A stretch of 64,000 bases of DNA from Bacteroidales bacterium (GCA_021740585.1 JAIOZM010000010.1:54-64053); one strand, 5' to 3'. Shown: positions 51,015 to 60,900, numbered from the stretch's first letter. Notes: generated by a model from the sequence alone, not told the origin. Translations and numbers: made by a program.

Positions 51015-51493
51015 CTTACTTTATATTGTTTGATTATATACACAACATATTATTATTATATTATAAATTTAAATTTAATATGATGATAATAATAGTCTGT
51101 TAATATTGTTATTAAAATTTTCAAAAAAAATTGATATTTACATTATTAAAAGTTTAGGAACATTTAGTTAACAAAATTATAATTCAAATAGTATTGACAA
51201 TCATATTGTTTTGTAATTATTAACAAGTTGTTAGTATCAAGTGTTCTTTAAAAATAAAGCTAAATAAAACCAAAAAAATTGTTAATGTTTTGTTGAGGAT
51301 TTTGTCAAAGAAAATAAAAAATAAATTTTGTATTGTAATTTCAATTTTCTATTGTAATAATGGTTTTACAAGTCAAGTAAATATTATACAAAATTACATT
51401 ATTATAATTAACAAGTAATCAACAATACTTGTGTAAAAAATTAATACTTTCACATCCGTATTTATTTATCAATATATTGAAGAAAAATAAAAT

Positions 51494-51937
51494 ATGATTA
51501 CAGAAAAAATTGTTATTGCTTCCGATCATGCCGGCTATTTTTTAAAAGAGCAAATAAAGAAATATTTATCGAAAAAATTAATAGAATCTTATGATGTAGG
51601 TACTTATAGTTCAGATTCTTGCGATTATCCTGATTTTGCTCATAAACTGGCAGAAGAAATAGAAAAAGGTGCTTATAAATATGGAATATCCATTTGTGGG
51701 AGTGGCAATGGTATTAACATGACAGTAAATAAGCATCAAAAAATTCGTTCAGCTCTTTGCTGGAATGATGAAATTGCACAACTGGCAAGATTTCATAATG
51801 ATGCAAATATATGTTCACTTCCGGCCCGGTTTATTAGTGAGAAACAGGCATATACTATTATTGATATTTTTTTTAATACAGAATTTGAAGGGGGAAGACA
51901 TATTACCCGAATAAATAAAATACCCTTAAAGAAATAA
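51494..51937 (+). CDS. rpiB: ribose 5-phosphate isomerase B
   Basis: IVIASDHAGYFLKE..., DYPDFAHKLAE, ICGSGNGINMTVNK and RFHNDANICSLPARF. Confidence 0.9.
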   Translation: MITEKIVIASDHAGYFLKEQIKKYLSKKLIESYDVGTYSSDSCDYPDFAHKLAEEIEKGAYKYGISICGSGNGINMTVNKHQKIRSALCWNDEIAQLARFHNDANICSLPARFISEKQAYTIIDIFFNTEFEGGRHITRINKIPLKK

Positions 51938-52368
51938 TGATCTCCACCACAAGTAAATATGCAATACGGTCTGTGATTTATCTGGCGGTAAATAATGATA
52001 AAACCAAAACAGGTATTAAAAAGATTTCTAAAGAATTAGACATACCAGCTCCATTTTTAAGTAAAATTTTGCAAACCCTGGCAAAGCACAGGATCCTAAG
52101 TTCTACCAAAGGACCAAACGGCGGTTTTTCGCTTGGAATTGATTCAAAAGAGATTCATTTAATGGATATTGTTCAGATAATTGAAGGACTTGATAGCTTT
52201 GAAAAATGTGCTATTGGAGTAAAATATTGCAAAGAACAAGAAAATAAATGTGCACTTCACAAACAATATTCATCACTCAGGGAGGAGATGAAAAAACTAT
52301 TTAAATCGACTAATATTTACGATTTAGCATTGGAAATAGAGCAAAACAAGGTTTCTCTGTTTATTTAA
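51937..52368 (+). CDS. Rrf2-family transcriptional regulator (three-Cys motif, possibly Fe-S binding)
   Basis: N-terminal wHTH (SKYAIRSVIYLA...ISKELDIPAPFLSKILQTLAKHRIL). Cys motif is C-x6-C-x6-C (CAIGVKYCKEQENKC). The start shares one base with the rpiB stop (TAATG). Confidence 0.85.
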   Translation: MISTTSKYAIRSVIYLAVNNDKTKTGIKKISKELDIPAPFLSKILQTLAKHRILSSTKGPNGGFSLGIDSKEIHLMDIVQIIEGLDSFEKCAIGVKYCKEQENKCALHKQYSSLREEMKKLFKSTNIYDLALEIEQNKVSLFI

Positions 52369-52437
52369 GGAAGTCAAAGAACAACCAGCTTTTTTAAGTA
52401 AGGGAGATAAAGTTTTTAAATCGTGTAGCGGTAGTGG

Positions 52438-52821
52438 TTATGCATAAAAATTGGAAAACAATCGCCTAAACAAATAAAAGGCAGGAATTGCTGTTAAACT
52501 ACCTGCAAAATCGGCCAGTAAATCATATAATTCACCACTTCTCCCATCAATAAAGCTTTGAAAGACCTCTATCAATCCACCATAACTCACACAAAGAATC
52601 AAGGTAAGGAGAATCAGAGATGATTTATTATTGAATATTTTATGTAAATCATGCAGTAAAATAAAAGAAAGAAGACCATAAAGCATAAAATGAACCAGCT
52701 TGTCAACATGAGGAAAATTTAAAAAGCCGGATCCGGCAGAAGTGTTAATTGGAATCAGGCTTAGAGCCATTATAAGAATAGCTACAATTAAGGAAGGGTA
52801 AAATTTGCTTATAATTTTCAA
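52438..52821 (-). CDS. VanZ-family membrane protein
   Basis: Four TM segments and the DKLVHFMLYGLLSF motif typical of VanZ-like proteins. TTG start in the track. Confidence 0.6.
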   Translation of the reverse strand: MKIISKFYPSLIVAILIMALSLIPINTSAGSGFLNFPHVDKLVHFMLYGLLSFILLHDLHKIFNNKSSLILLTLILCVSYGGLIEVFQSFIDGRSGELYDLLADFAGSLTAIPAFYLFRRLFSNFYA

Positions 52822-52962
52822 GTTAATTATGTTTCAGATGTATAAGTAAGCAATGATATCAGATTGAATTTGTAAAATATAAATCACATCACAAATATAA
52901 TAAAATAAGAGTTTCATCAGCTTCAGCCCAGATAAATATTATGTTAAATAAGGTGGTTTTTA

Positions 52963-54093
52963 ATGGCAGGATTTTATGTACATATCCCCTTTTGCCGACA
53001 GGCTTGCAGGTACTGTGATTTTTATTTTACGGTTTCCTTGAAGTATAAAGACGAGCTCGTTGAGGCATTATTAAAGGAGATAAAGAATAAAAAGAAGCAA
53101 TTTCAAAATTATCAGTTCAACACCCTATATTTTGGCGGTGGCACACCTTCTGTTTTAAGCGAAATAGATATTAACAGAATAATAGAAGAGATAAAAACAC
53201 ATTATAATTTTGATTCGAAAGCCGAAATTACTCTTGAAGCAAATCCTGACGACCTTTCTGTTGAATACCTAAAAAATCTAAAATTGCTGGGGATTAATCG
53301 CCTCAGCATTGGAATACAATCCTTTCACGATCGGGATCTGAAGCTTATGCGTCGAAGTCACAGTGCAGAACAAGCAATAAGCTCTATTAAAAACGCACAA
53401 AATGCAGGAATTCAAAAGCTTACAATTGATCTTATTTATGGAATACCCGGAATGAGTTTTAGTGATTGGCAGGAAAACCTTGAAAAGCTTATTGAATTAG
53501 GAGTTCCGCACATTTCCGCTTATCATCTTACCTACGAACCGGGGACCGTTTTTGATCACTGGAGAAAAAAGAAGAAAATAATACCCATTGAAGAGGATTC
53601 CAGCCTGGAGCAATTCAAATATTTGATAGAACGAACCCGAAAAGAAGGCTTTCAGCATTATGAAATTTCTAATTTCGCCAGGGAGGGACATTTTTCCGAA
53701 CATAATAAAAATTACTGGAAGGGGATACCTTATGCAGGAGTAGGTCCTGCAGCTCATTCCTACGATGGAACAGCCCGATACTGGAATATTTCATCTGTAC
53801 AAAAATACATCAGCGAAAGTAAGTCCGATAGTTTTAATTATTCTGAAAAAGAGATGCTAGGTGTAAACGACCGGTATAACGAATACATTATGGTATCCTT
53901 ACGCACGATGTGGGGCATTAATACCGATAAAATTAAGCAATCTTTCGGTGAGGACTATGTTAGGTATACAGAGGATATAGCTTCAGGATTTTATAAAAAA
54001 GAGCTCTTAACAAAGAAAGGCAACGATATAAGGATAACAAGTCGGGGTATATTTTTGGCCGATCAGATAATCAGGGAGTTTTTCAGGGTTTGA
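52963..54093 (+). CDS. hemW: radical SAM heme chaperone HemW (HemN-like)
   Basis: YVHIPFCRQACRYCDF contains the CxxxCxxC radical SAM cluster motif. GGGTPS follows, then the HemN C-terminal domain. 376 aa. Confidence 0.85.
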   Translation: MAGFYVHIPFCRQACRYCDFYFTVSLKYKDELVEALLKEIKNKKKQFQNYQFNTLYFGGGTPSVLSEIDINRIIEEIKTHYNFDSKAEITLEANPDDLSVEYLKNLKLLGINRLSIGIQSFHDRDLKLMRRSHSAEQAISSIKNAQNAGIQKLTIDLIYGIPGMSFSDWQENLEKLIELGVPHISAYHLTYEPGTVFDHWRKKKKIIPIEEDSSLEQFKYLIERTRKEGFQHYEISNFAREGHFSEHNKNYWKGIPYAGVGPAAHSYDGTARYWNISSVQKYISESKSDSFNYSEKEMLGVNDRYNEYIMVSLRTMWGINTDKIKQSFGEDYVRYTEDIASGFYKKELLTKKGNDIRITSRGIFLADQIIREFFRV

Positions 54094-54285
54094 TTTTTTT
54101 GAAAGCTTTTGGTTCCGGTCAGTTCCTGAGTATGTTGAAGCCTGAAGATGCCGCAAAAACAGGAAGGTATTAATCCTGATACCCTCTCAACCCCATACCG
54201 TTTTATGAACCTTCAAATGGAATAGGTTGTGTCCGCTTAAAATGCGAACCGCCCCGGATAATGCAGCAAAGATGGAGTTCAGAGT

Positions 54286-55173
54286 CTATTTAAGAGCGAA
54301 CTCAGACGATCCGATTAGTTTTCCGTTTTCAAACAATTCTATGATGTAATTACCACCAACGAGATCGCCGTTATTATCCCAAAAAATAGAAACAGGTACA
54401 TCGTTGTTTTCATAAATTACTTCACGGTTGGCGGAATAAGGCATTTCTTCGCCATTAACAATGATTATTGCGGGTTTGGGAGGACTTAACACAAGATTAT
54501 CGGGACGGATAAGCCTCAAATAAATCATTTTTGGACCCGGTTGGGTAACGCTATTTTTACGGAGGATAAAGTCGACACGAACTTTTTCAACCAGCTTAAA
54601 CCGGTTTGTATCTTTACTTCTTTTATTTAGTCCAACGCCCAAAATATTTGCCGCTACCAGAGTTTTTGCCTCATTGGTTATGGAGATTAATTCCTCTTTA
54701 TCTTCAGAAAGCTGTTTGTTAATAGTTTCAACCTTGGCAGTATGACTCCTAAGGGCCACATTTTCAACAATAAGTTCTTTATTCATTGTGTTTAAAGAAT
54801 CTATCTGAACGATATAAGATCTTAAAACCCCGCGAATGGTACCCAATTCTTTTTCGTAAGCCCTGATTTTCTGAGCATCACTTAAGCGTAATTTCAATAA
54901 ACGTTCAATTTTATCTTGTTGCATGGCAAGCTTAAGATTCATTGTATCGTTTTCAGTCATCAGGGAATCGTATTGCACGATAATACCCTTTAATTCAGAC
55001 TCGAGCGAATCTTTTTGGGAACTTATAAGACCAGAATATTCTTCCAGTTTAGCAATAACAGATTCGCTTTCTTTTTTCTGGGTATAAAATAAATAGCCGA
55101 TAACCATCAGGGCAATGGTCAAAACCACCAACAGGGTTATCAAATATGACAGGTTATTGTTTTTCTTTTCCAT
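54286..55173 (-). CDS. hypothetical membrane-anchored coiled-coil protein
   Basis: N-terminal TM (LSYLITLLVVLTIALMVIGYLFY), about 150 aa of heptad-like coiled coil, and a beta-rich C-terminal domain. No catalytic motif. Confidence 0.5.
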   Translation of the reverse strand: MEKKNNNLSYLITLLVVLTIALMVIGYLFYTQKKESESVIAKLEEYSGLISSQKDSLESELKGIIVQYDSLMTENDTMNLKLAMQQDKIERLLKLRLSDAQKIRAYEKELGTIRGVLRSYIVQIDSLNTMNKELIVENVALRSHTAKVETINKQLSEDKEELISITNEAKTLVAANILGVGLNKRSKDTNRFKLVEKVRVDFILRKNSVTQPGPKMIYLRLIRPDNLVLSPPKPAIIIVNGEEMPYSANREVIYENNDVPVSIFWDNNGDLVGGNYIIELFENGKLIGSSEFALK

Positions 55174-55415
55174 AATTAATTAATTTCCCGACAAATATAC
55201 AACACTTCTTGTGAGCCTTCAAGGGCTGGTATAAATAGTTTTCACTATAACGGAAACAGGTTAAGGCTTATTTTGTGGTTGAAATAAAATTGAAAAATAA
55301 TTGTTTTGAAAAGGTTTTGTGTTCCGGGTCGCTGTACTGATCTTGCCGAAGTGTTCCGGGTTCTATAGATACTATGAAAAACTCAGAGATCTCAGGCTAA
55401 GGAACCGCCTTTCCC

Positions 55416-56045
55416 TTAGTTCCCCAGCAATTCCAAACCTTCAACCGCCGTGCTTCCGCTAGGAGTATTCAGTAATGCTTTTTGAAACAAAGATTTTGCT
55501 TCACGGGTTTTATTGAGCTTGAGCTTTGTCCAGGCAAGCATAGTAAGACCTTCGTAATCGAATGGATAGAGGTTAACCACTTTTTCAAAATATTTTTCAG
55601 CCTTCATATAATCCTCTCTTCCGTAGTAAATAAGACCGATGCGATGCATAACAATGCTATTATTCGGACTTATTTCCAGAATTTTTTCATACTGCTCAAG
55701 TACTTTACTGTAATTTCCTATGGCAGAAGCCGGATAGGCGTATCCCAGACGGGCTTCAATAGAATAAGGCATAAGGTCGATGGCCTTACTGTAATACGCA
55801 ATGGCTTCTGTAAATCTACCCGCCATATAACTAAGATATCCTAAGCGCAAATTAATTTCGTAAGAATTTTCCATATAAACAGTCTTAAGACTATTAATAC
55901 CCTCGGCATAATTTCCCGAAGCAGCAAGTATGTAGCTTTGCTGGAATGCCTTAACCTGTTCAGTAAATGTTTGAGCTTTTAATCCGGATACAACCAGAGC
56001 CAGCGCAAGAATAAGTAATGTTTTTTTTGCTTTTAAAATTTCCAT
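55416..56045 (-). CDS. secreted TPR-repeat protein (last gene of the PqqD operon)
   Basis: Signal peptide MEILKAKKTLLILALALVVSGLKAQ followed by 4-5 TPR units (e.g. AIAYYSKAIDLMPYSIEA, AEKYFEKVVNLYPFDYEG). Its start overlaps the upstream gene by 13 nt. Confidence 0.7.
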   Translation of the reverse strand: MEILKAKKTLLILALALVVSGLKAQTFTEQVKAFQQSYILAASGNYAEGINSLKTVYMENSYEINLRLGYLSYMAGRFTEAIAYYSKAIDLMPYSIEARLGYAYPASAIGNYSKVLEQYEKILEISPNNSIVMHRIGLIYYGREDYMKAEKYFEKVVNLYPFDYEGLTMLAWTKLKLNKTREAKSLFQKALLNTPSGSTAVEGLELLGN

Positions 56046-57376
56046 GATATTTCCGCTATTATTGTTAATGCTTTAGATTCTATTTTATTTAAATCGGTAG
56101 TACGCATTTCTGTAAGATCAAAATAATTGTTGTAATATTCTAAATAAGAGGCTATTAGTCTAATATTTGTTTTCTGTCCGGCGTGAATTAAAGAAAAATC
56201 ATACCGGGAAGTTTGGGTATCATTACTGTTAAAAATACTAAAGCCGTCGTGGTCGGTAAAATTTTTAATTTCCCCGCCTTGATACTTTGCCTCAAACCAT
56301 ACATTTCCAAAGGTTTTAAATCCCAACTCCTGTTTAAAACCGGTATAGTTTTGCACTTCACCCTTGTCGTCTTCCGACACCATTAATAATGAGCTTACAG
56401 TATAAAGATTAAGATTTCCAAGAGGGTAAAACACCAGGCGCCCGTCTTTCTGAAATTGTTTTTTAAAATTAAGGCTTGAGTATGAAAGGCCCCCGCCCAG
56501 ATTAAAAAGACCTAAATATTTATAGGCAGAAATGCGTGAGGATGAAAAATTTCCGGCAAAACCGGGAATATATGTTGCCGAGGCGCCACGTCCAAAATAA
56601 TTGGCAGGAAATGAATAACGAATGAAATGAGAGGAGGCGGTTACAGTAAGCCCGTCGGCCGGCGTAAGGCTAAGTCCGCCATAATACTGTATTTGATTAA
56701 GACCGGTAATTTCACTGCTAATTAAATTATTGTCATAAAGAGAATAATAGTAAGAATTTTTATTTAAAAAAGAACCACCATGAATGAGCCTCAGATTATC
56801 AGAAATATCGTGAACTAATTTAAAATTCACAAATCGATAATTGAGGGTCAGGAGCTGTTCGCCATTGGATGGTCCGCTATTGTTGAATTCTACAAAAAGA
56901 GAGGCAGGATCTTTAACCGGGTTATAAAAATAAACCGCATCAATGCTAAACGAACTAAGGTCTTTTTTCTTTAAATCGACGGCCTTTTTTAAATAATATT
57001 CATTGTTGTAATAATATCGGTAAGCATCTGCTTGCTTGCCGGCAAACAATTTTGAGTAGTAAATATATTCCTTATTAATTTTTTCAATATCATTTAATTT
57101 TTCAGCTTTTTTAAAGTGCTTTTCAGCCAGCATGAATCTGTGTTTTTCGTAATAGGCAATACCCGTTCTCATACGCAAATAATAGTAATCAATATCGTTT
57201 TTGTAGGCCGTACGGGTGGATTTGATCAGTCCATTCCATTCTTCATAAAGGTATTGCTGATAGCTTAAGCTGTCAAGATAAACAAACGAAACGTTCTTTT
57301 GAGCAAAAGATCTTTGTGCCCAAATAAGAATGAATAAAGTCAGCCAATATTTACTGTATTTCAGCTTCAATTTCAT
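56033..57376 (-). CDS. putative outer-membrane protein (N-terminal TPR-like helices plus C-terminal beta-barrel)
   Basis: Signal peptide ...LFILIWAQRSFAQ. A helical ~130 aa is followed by alternating beta-strand patterns. It ends ...IIAEISWKF with a terminal Phe. Its start overlaps the upstream gene by 26 nt. Confidence 0.5.
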   Translation of the reverse strand: MKLKLKYSKYWLTLFILIWAQRSFAQKNVSFVYLDSLSYQQYLYEEWNGLIKSTRTAYKNDIDYYYLRMRTGIAYYEKHRFMLAEKHFKKAEKLNDIEKINKEYIYYSKLFAGKQADAYRYYYNNEYYLKKAVDLKKKDLSSFSIDAVYFYNPVKDPASLFVEFNNSGPSNGEQLLTLNYRFVNFKLVHDISDNLRLIHGGSFLNKNSYYYSLYDNNLISSEITGLNQIQYYGGLSLTPADGLTVTASSHFIRYSFPANYFGRGASATYIPGFAGNFSSSRISAYKYLGLFNLGGGLSYSSLNFKKQFQKDGRLVFYPLGNLNLYTVSSLLMVSEDDKGEVQNYTGFKQELGFKTFGNVWFEAKYQGGEIKNFTDHDGFSIFNSNDTQTSRYDFSLIHAGQKTNIRLIASYLEYYNNYFDLTEMRTTDLNKIESKALTIIAEISWKF

Positions 57377-59537
57377 TTAGTTTGGTTTTCATTTTAAACT
57401 TAATTTTACCCGGTGAAATTGTGATTGTAAAATCCTTATTCCCTATTTCTTTTTTAGCCACAAGATTTTTAACAACAGATTTAAAAATTAATTCATTGGG
57501 TTGGTATGGATTGTCAATAGAAATCAGTTTTGAAGTATAGGACGATTTAAGAAAGAGGTAAAAAGGAGCGATAAAATCCTGGAGGCTTAACCATGGAAAC
57601 TTAAAAGTAGCGTTCTGTGGCAGCTCATCGGATAGCTCAACATCCTGATACGTTGACTGTAAAACCTTATAAAATCCCAGATAAAAATGATACAATACCG
57701 ATTTTCGGGAGCCCTCAAAATGGGTAAAATATAATAGATTCCCATCATTTACGTAATATGCAATCGATTTACTTTCAGGATCGTAGATGTAAGAATGATT
57801 GTATGCGTTGGTATATATTTCCCAGGTCGCCTCTCCCGGAATGCGATTTACAGTAAACCTGACCTTAAGTTTTTGTCCGGGAACAAAGGCAAAGCTTTGC
57901 CTCATCAAAATACTGGTATCAATGTTGCTTATCAGTTGGTTTAACAAAGGATTATCAAAAGTTTTAAATAGGTACCCCGATTCATTATTCACCATAAAAT
58001 AGGAAAAAGGATAATTTATGGTTTCGGAGCCAATATAAGGTGTTGCCTGAAATTGAAAATGAAGATGTGGATACGGACTTCTTCCCGAATTTCCTGCTTC
58101 GCCCACTTTTTGACCGCACACAACATTATCCCCAACTTTTACTGTTATTGATCCTGGTTTCAGGTGATTTAAACTGGAATATAAATACTCGGCGTGCTTA
58201 ATAATAACAGAATTACCCCAATTGGAAGTGAGGTTTGCCTTTCCTATCTCATTATCGGGAATATTATCTACAATTTCTTCAATAGTTCCGGCTCCCGGGG
58301 AAATAACAGATTTCCCGTAGCAGTAATAATCTTGCGGATAATAACCCTCATTATTGTATTGCAATCCCTTTTCATCCAGTACCACAAAATCCCAGGCAAA
58401 ACGCCAGTCTTCTTTGTGGGTATATTCACCCTCATGACCCTGAGAAACCGTCCATTTTCCATAAAAAGGAAGCTTAAAAGGGATCAGGTTTCTATGAAAG
58501 GCGTTAATTTTCTGATTTTGGTAGGAGTAGAGATTGTTTTCAGGTAAACCCTGTTGCACCAGTACTTCAGTAAGGTCCTCACCCGGACTAACGCGCCATT
58601 TTAATGCATAAAGAAACATAATAACCACTATATTAAAGGGCAGGGAATAAACCGATAGATTAAAATGGGCAAATATTTTGGATAAGCTAAGGGTTACCAG
58701 TGTTACCAGTGGAATAAGCAACAAAAGCCAGATAAAGGTTTTTTTGGAAGGAATCATAAAATATCCCCCGATAGCGATTGCTGTAAGGATGTAGTTAAAA
58801 CCAATATATGTATAACTTAGCTGATAAATATCACCTCCCAATAAAGTGTAAAAAAGGTAGGCGATATAAAAGCCATACAATGAAAGTAAAAAAGCAATTC
58901 GGGAATACATCAGAATACCAATGCTTATGAATATTCCCGCCAGGGCTTTAAACTGGAAGAAAATGGCGCCAATGGAGTTAAAGTAAATCTGTAAGGATTT
59001 ATTAAGAGGAATATCTTGTATTGATTCATAAAACGAAACGAGTTTTGCCCCCCCCAGACCATACAATTTATTTAAAGTGTAAATACCCCTTTCACTTATG
59101 CCAAGAGTTTCAAAACTACCCGATGAAAGCATTATTGTCCATAGTCCGAATAAAAAGGGAATGGATAAATAAGGCAGGGCATATTTTTGAAGAATTCCCT
59201 TAAAAAGGGTAACAAAGAAAAGGGTTAAAATTGACGTAGCCACCACGATGAATAAAAGCTGTATGTTAGCCTGAAAGTAATAGCCAACACCCAGTCCCAC
59301 CAACAAAGAATTAAAACCATACAAACCTTTTTCGACCTCTTTACGGTTAAATCCGAGTCCTATAGCGGTTAAATTTGCCACCATAACCGAAATAAATCCG
59401 GCTATTCCCGAATTCGGATCAATCATACTAACCAAAATAAGAATAATAGCAAAGCTTTGGTTGGTAGCAAAGAAAACCTGGGAATAGCTGTTAAGAATTC
59501 CCTTTATAAGTTCATCAGATGGTGGTAATTTACGCAT
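57351..59537 (-). CDS. urea-transporter-like (UT family) channel fused to an M23 metallopeptidase domain and an unknown C-terminal domain
   Basis: The UT-like halves read ILNSYSQVFFATNQS...GLYGFNSLLVGLGVGYYF and ...YIGFNYILTAIAIGGYF. The M23 region reads QGHEGEYTHKEDWRFAWDF ... VIIKHAEYLYSSLNHL ... GNSGRSPYPHLHFQF. The last ~210 aa have no motif I recognise. Confidence 0.7.
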   Translation of the reverse strand: MRKLPPSDELIKGILNSYSQVFFATNQSFAIILILVSMIDPNSGIAGFISVMVANLTAIGLGFNRKEVEKGLYGFNSLLVGLGVGYYFQANIQLLFIVVATSILTLFFVTLFKGILQKYALPYLSIPFLFGLWTIMLSSGSFETLGISERGIYTLNKLYGLGGAKLVSFYESIQDIPLNKSLQIYFNSIGAIFFQFKALAGIFISIGILMYSRIAFLLSLYGFYIAYLFYTLLGGDIYQLSYTYIGFNYILTAIAIGGYFMIPSKKTFIWLLLLIPLVTLVTLSLSKIFAHFNLSVYSLPFNIVVIMFLYALKWRVSPGEDLTEVLVQQGLPENNLYSYQNQKINAFHRNLIPFKLPFYGKWTVSQGHEGEYTHKEDWRFAWDFVVLDEKGLQYNNEGYYPQDYYCYGKSVISPGAGTIEEIVDNIPDNEIGKANLTSNWGNSVIIKHAEYLYSSLNHLKPGSITVKVGDNVVCGQKVGEAGNSGRSPYPHLHFQFQATPYIGSETINYPFSYFMVNNESGYLFKTFDNPLLNQLISNIDTSILMRQSFAFVPGQKLKVRFTVNRIPGEATWEIYTNAYNHSYIYDPESKSIAYYVNDGNLLYFTHFEGSRKSVLYHFYLGFYKVLQSTYQDVELSDELPQNATFKFPWLSLQDFIAPFYLFLKSSYTSKLISIDNPYQPNELIFKSVVKNLVAKKEIGNKDFTITISPGKIKFKMKTKLNEIEAEIQ

Positions 59538-59543
59538 AAAAGA

Positions 59544-60890
59544 TTATTTAAGATGATCGGGAAGCCTTTCCGGTCCGCGTATAGAATCAAGATCTTCTTT
59601 TTCTCTTATTACATGGGTAATGCCATTGGTATCGATCATTACAATTCGTGGTCGATAGGTAATAAACTGCATCCACTGTGTCATATTATAGGCTCCAATT
59701 CTTCTGATTACAAAGAGGTCGCCTTTTTTCATGATAGGGAAATTAATAGCTTCCCTGAGTACATCGATGTTCATACAGAGAGGTCCGTAAATAGTCGATT
59801 CTTCTGTTTGAGAGGAAACCGGTTGTGCGGGCATAATTTCATGTTCGTACCAGAAGGAGGTGAAAAGTAAATTCACTCCCACATCGGCTACGGTGGCCCG
59901 ACGGCCGTCAGATAATCGTTTATTTGCCAGAATGGTTCCTGCCAAATAGCCGGCATCATCAATAAGGGCTCTTCCGGTTTCGAGAATCAGAAGAGGCATA
60001 TTTTCTTTATTAATTGCCGATGAAAGCAGGGCAGAGGTGATGGCATCTGCATAGTTCTCCATGGAAGGAATGGTCTCATAACCGGGAAGATAAGCGCCCT
60101 TAAGGGTATTTCCGGAGGCAAATCCGCCGCCCATATCTATGTATGCAATATTGTGGTTGTATTTGCTTTTTAGATTTACTGCCAGATCTGCTAATTTGGA
60201 TGCAGCAACTTTATAAGCATTGGCAGAAAGCATATACGTACCAATGTGAGTATGAAGTCCTTCCAGCTCCAGGTTTTCAATAGACATTATCCGGTTTAGT
60301 ACATCCCAGGCATCCCCATTTTCGTAATTGAAACCAAAGCGATCCCATTTAGGATAAATTCCGGTATCCATATTTACACGAATGGCAACGCGAGCTTTTT
60401 TGCCAATTTTTTTTGCGATTTCAATAAGAGAATAATATTCATCAAAGTGATCGATATGAATTAGAGATTCATTTTCGATGGCTAATTTTAAATCGGCATC
60501 GGATTTATCGGGACCGTTAAATATAATTTCTCTACCCGAAACGCCATTTTTAAGTGCTTTTGCATATTCAAATCCCGATACCACCTCTGCCCATGATCCT
60601 TCCTGGTGAAAGGTTTTGCAAACGGCATCGAGGTAATTGGTTTTATAGGACCAGGAGAATTGAACTTTTGGGTATTTTGACTTAAAGATTTGTTCCGTGC
60701 TTCTGAATTTTTCGCGTATGGTTTGTTCAGAAATAATATAAAGAGGCGAACCGTATTTTTCAACCAGATCTTTTATGGGCACCCCATCGATAGTGGTAAG
60801 AACTTCAAAACCGGTTTTCATACCAAATTTCCCGGGCATTCCGGCGCTTACTTTTTTTATTACCGGGCGTTCAAATAGTAACTTTTCCAT
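59544..60890 (-). CDS. fold-type III PLP-dependent decarboxylase (Orn/DAP/Arg decarboxylase family)
   Basis: PLP-Lys block is FSWSYKTNY. Other blocks are HTHIGT, DMGGGF, ETGRALI and GPLCMNIDVL. 448 aa. Confidence 0.8.
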   Translation of the reverse strand: MEKLLFERPVIKKVSAGMPGKFGMKTGFEVLTTIDGVPIKDLVEKYGSPLYIISEQTIREKFRSTEQIFKSKYPKVQFSWSYKTNYLDAVCKTFHQEGSWAEVVSGFEYAKALKNGVSGREIIFNGPDKSDADLKLAIENESLIHIDHFDEYYSLIEIAKKIGKKARVAIRVNMDTGIYPKWDRFGFNYENGDAWDVLNRIMSIENLELEGLHTHIGTYMLSANAYKVAASKLADLAVNLKSKYNHNIAYIDMGGGFASGNTLKGAYLPGYETIPSMENYADAITSALLSSAINKENMPLLILETGRALIDDAGYLAGTILANKRLSDGRRATVADVGVNLLFTSFWYEHEIMPAQPVSSQTEESTIYGPLCMNIDVLREAINFPIMKKGDLFVIRRIGAYNMTQWMQFITYRPRIVMIDTNGITHVIREKEDLDSIRGPERLPDHLK

Positions 60891-60900
60891 GATAATTATT

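Noticed and set aside
51015-51493. Replication origin (oriC) in the AT-rich spacer
   Set aside because: I found no TTATCCACA-type DnaA boxes, and dnaA, dnaN and gidB are not adjacent. AT-richness alone is insufficient.
55319-55361. 11-bp direct repeat GTGTTCCGGGT at 55319-55329 and 55351-55361, downstream of the operon
   Set aside because: It is a single short duplication with no dyad symmetry, no flanking ORF and no transposase. That is insufficient to call a site or a mobile-element scar.
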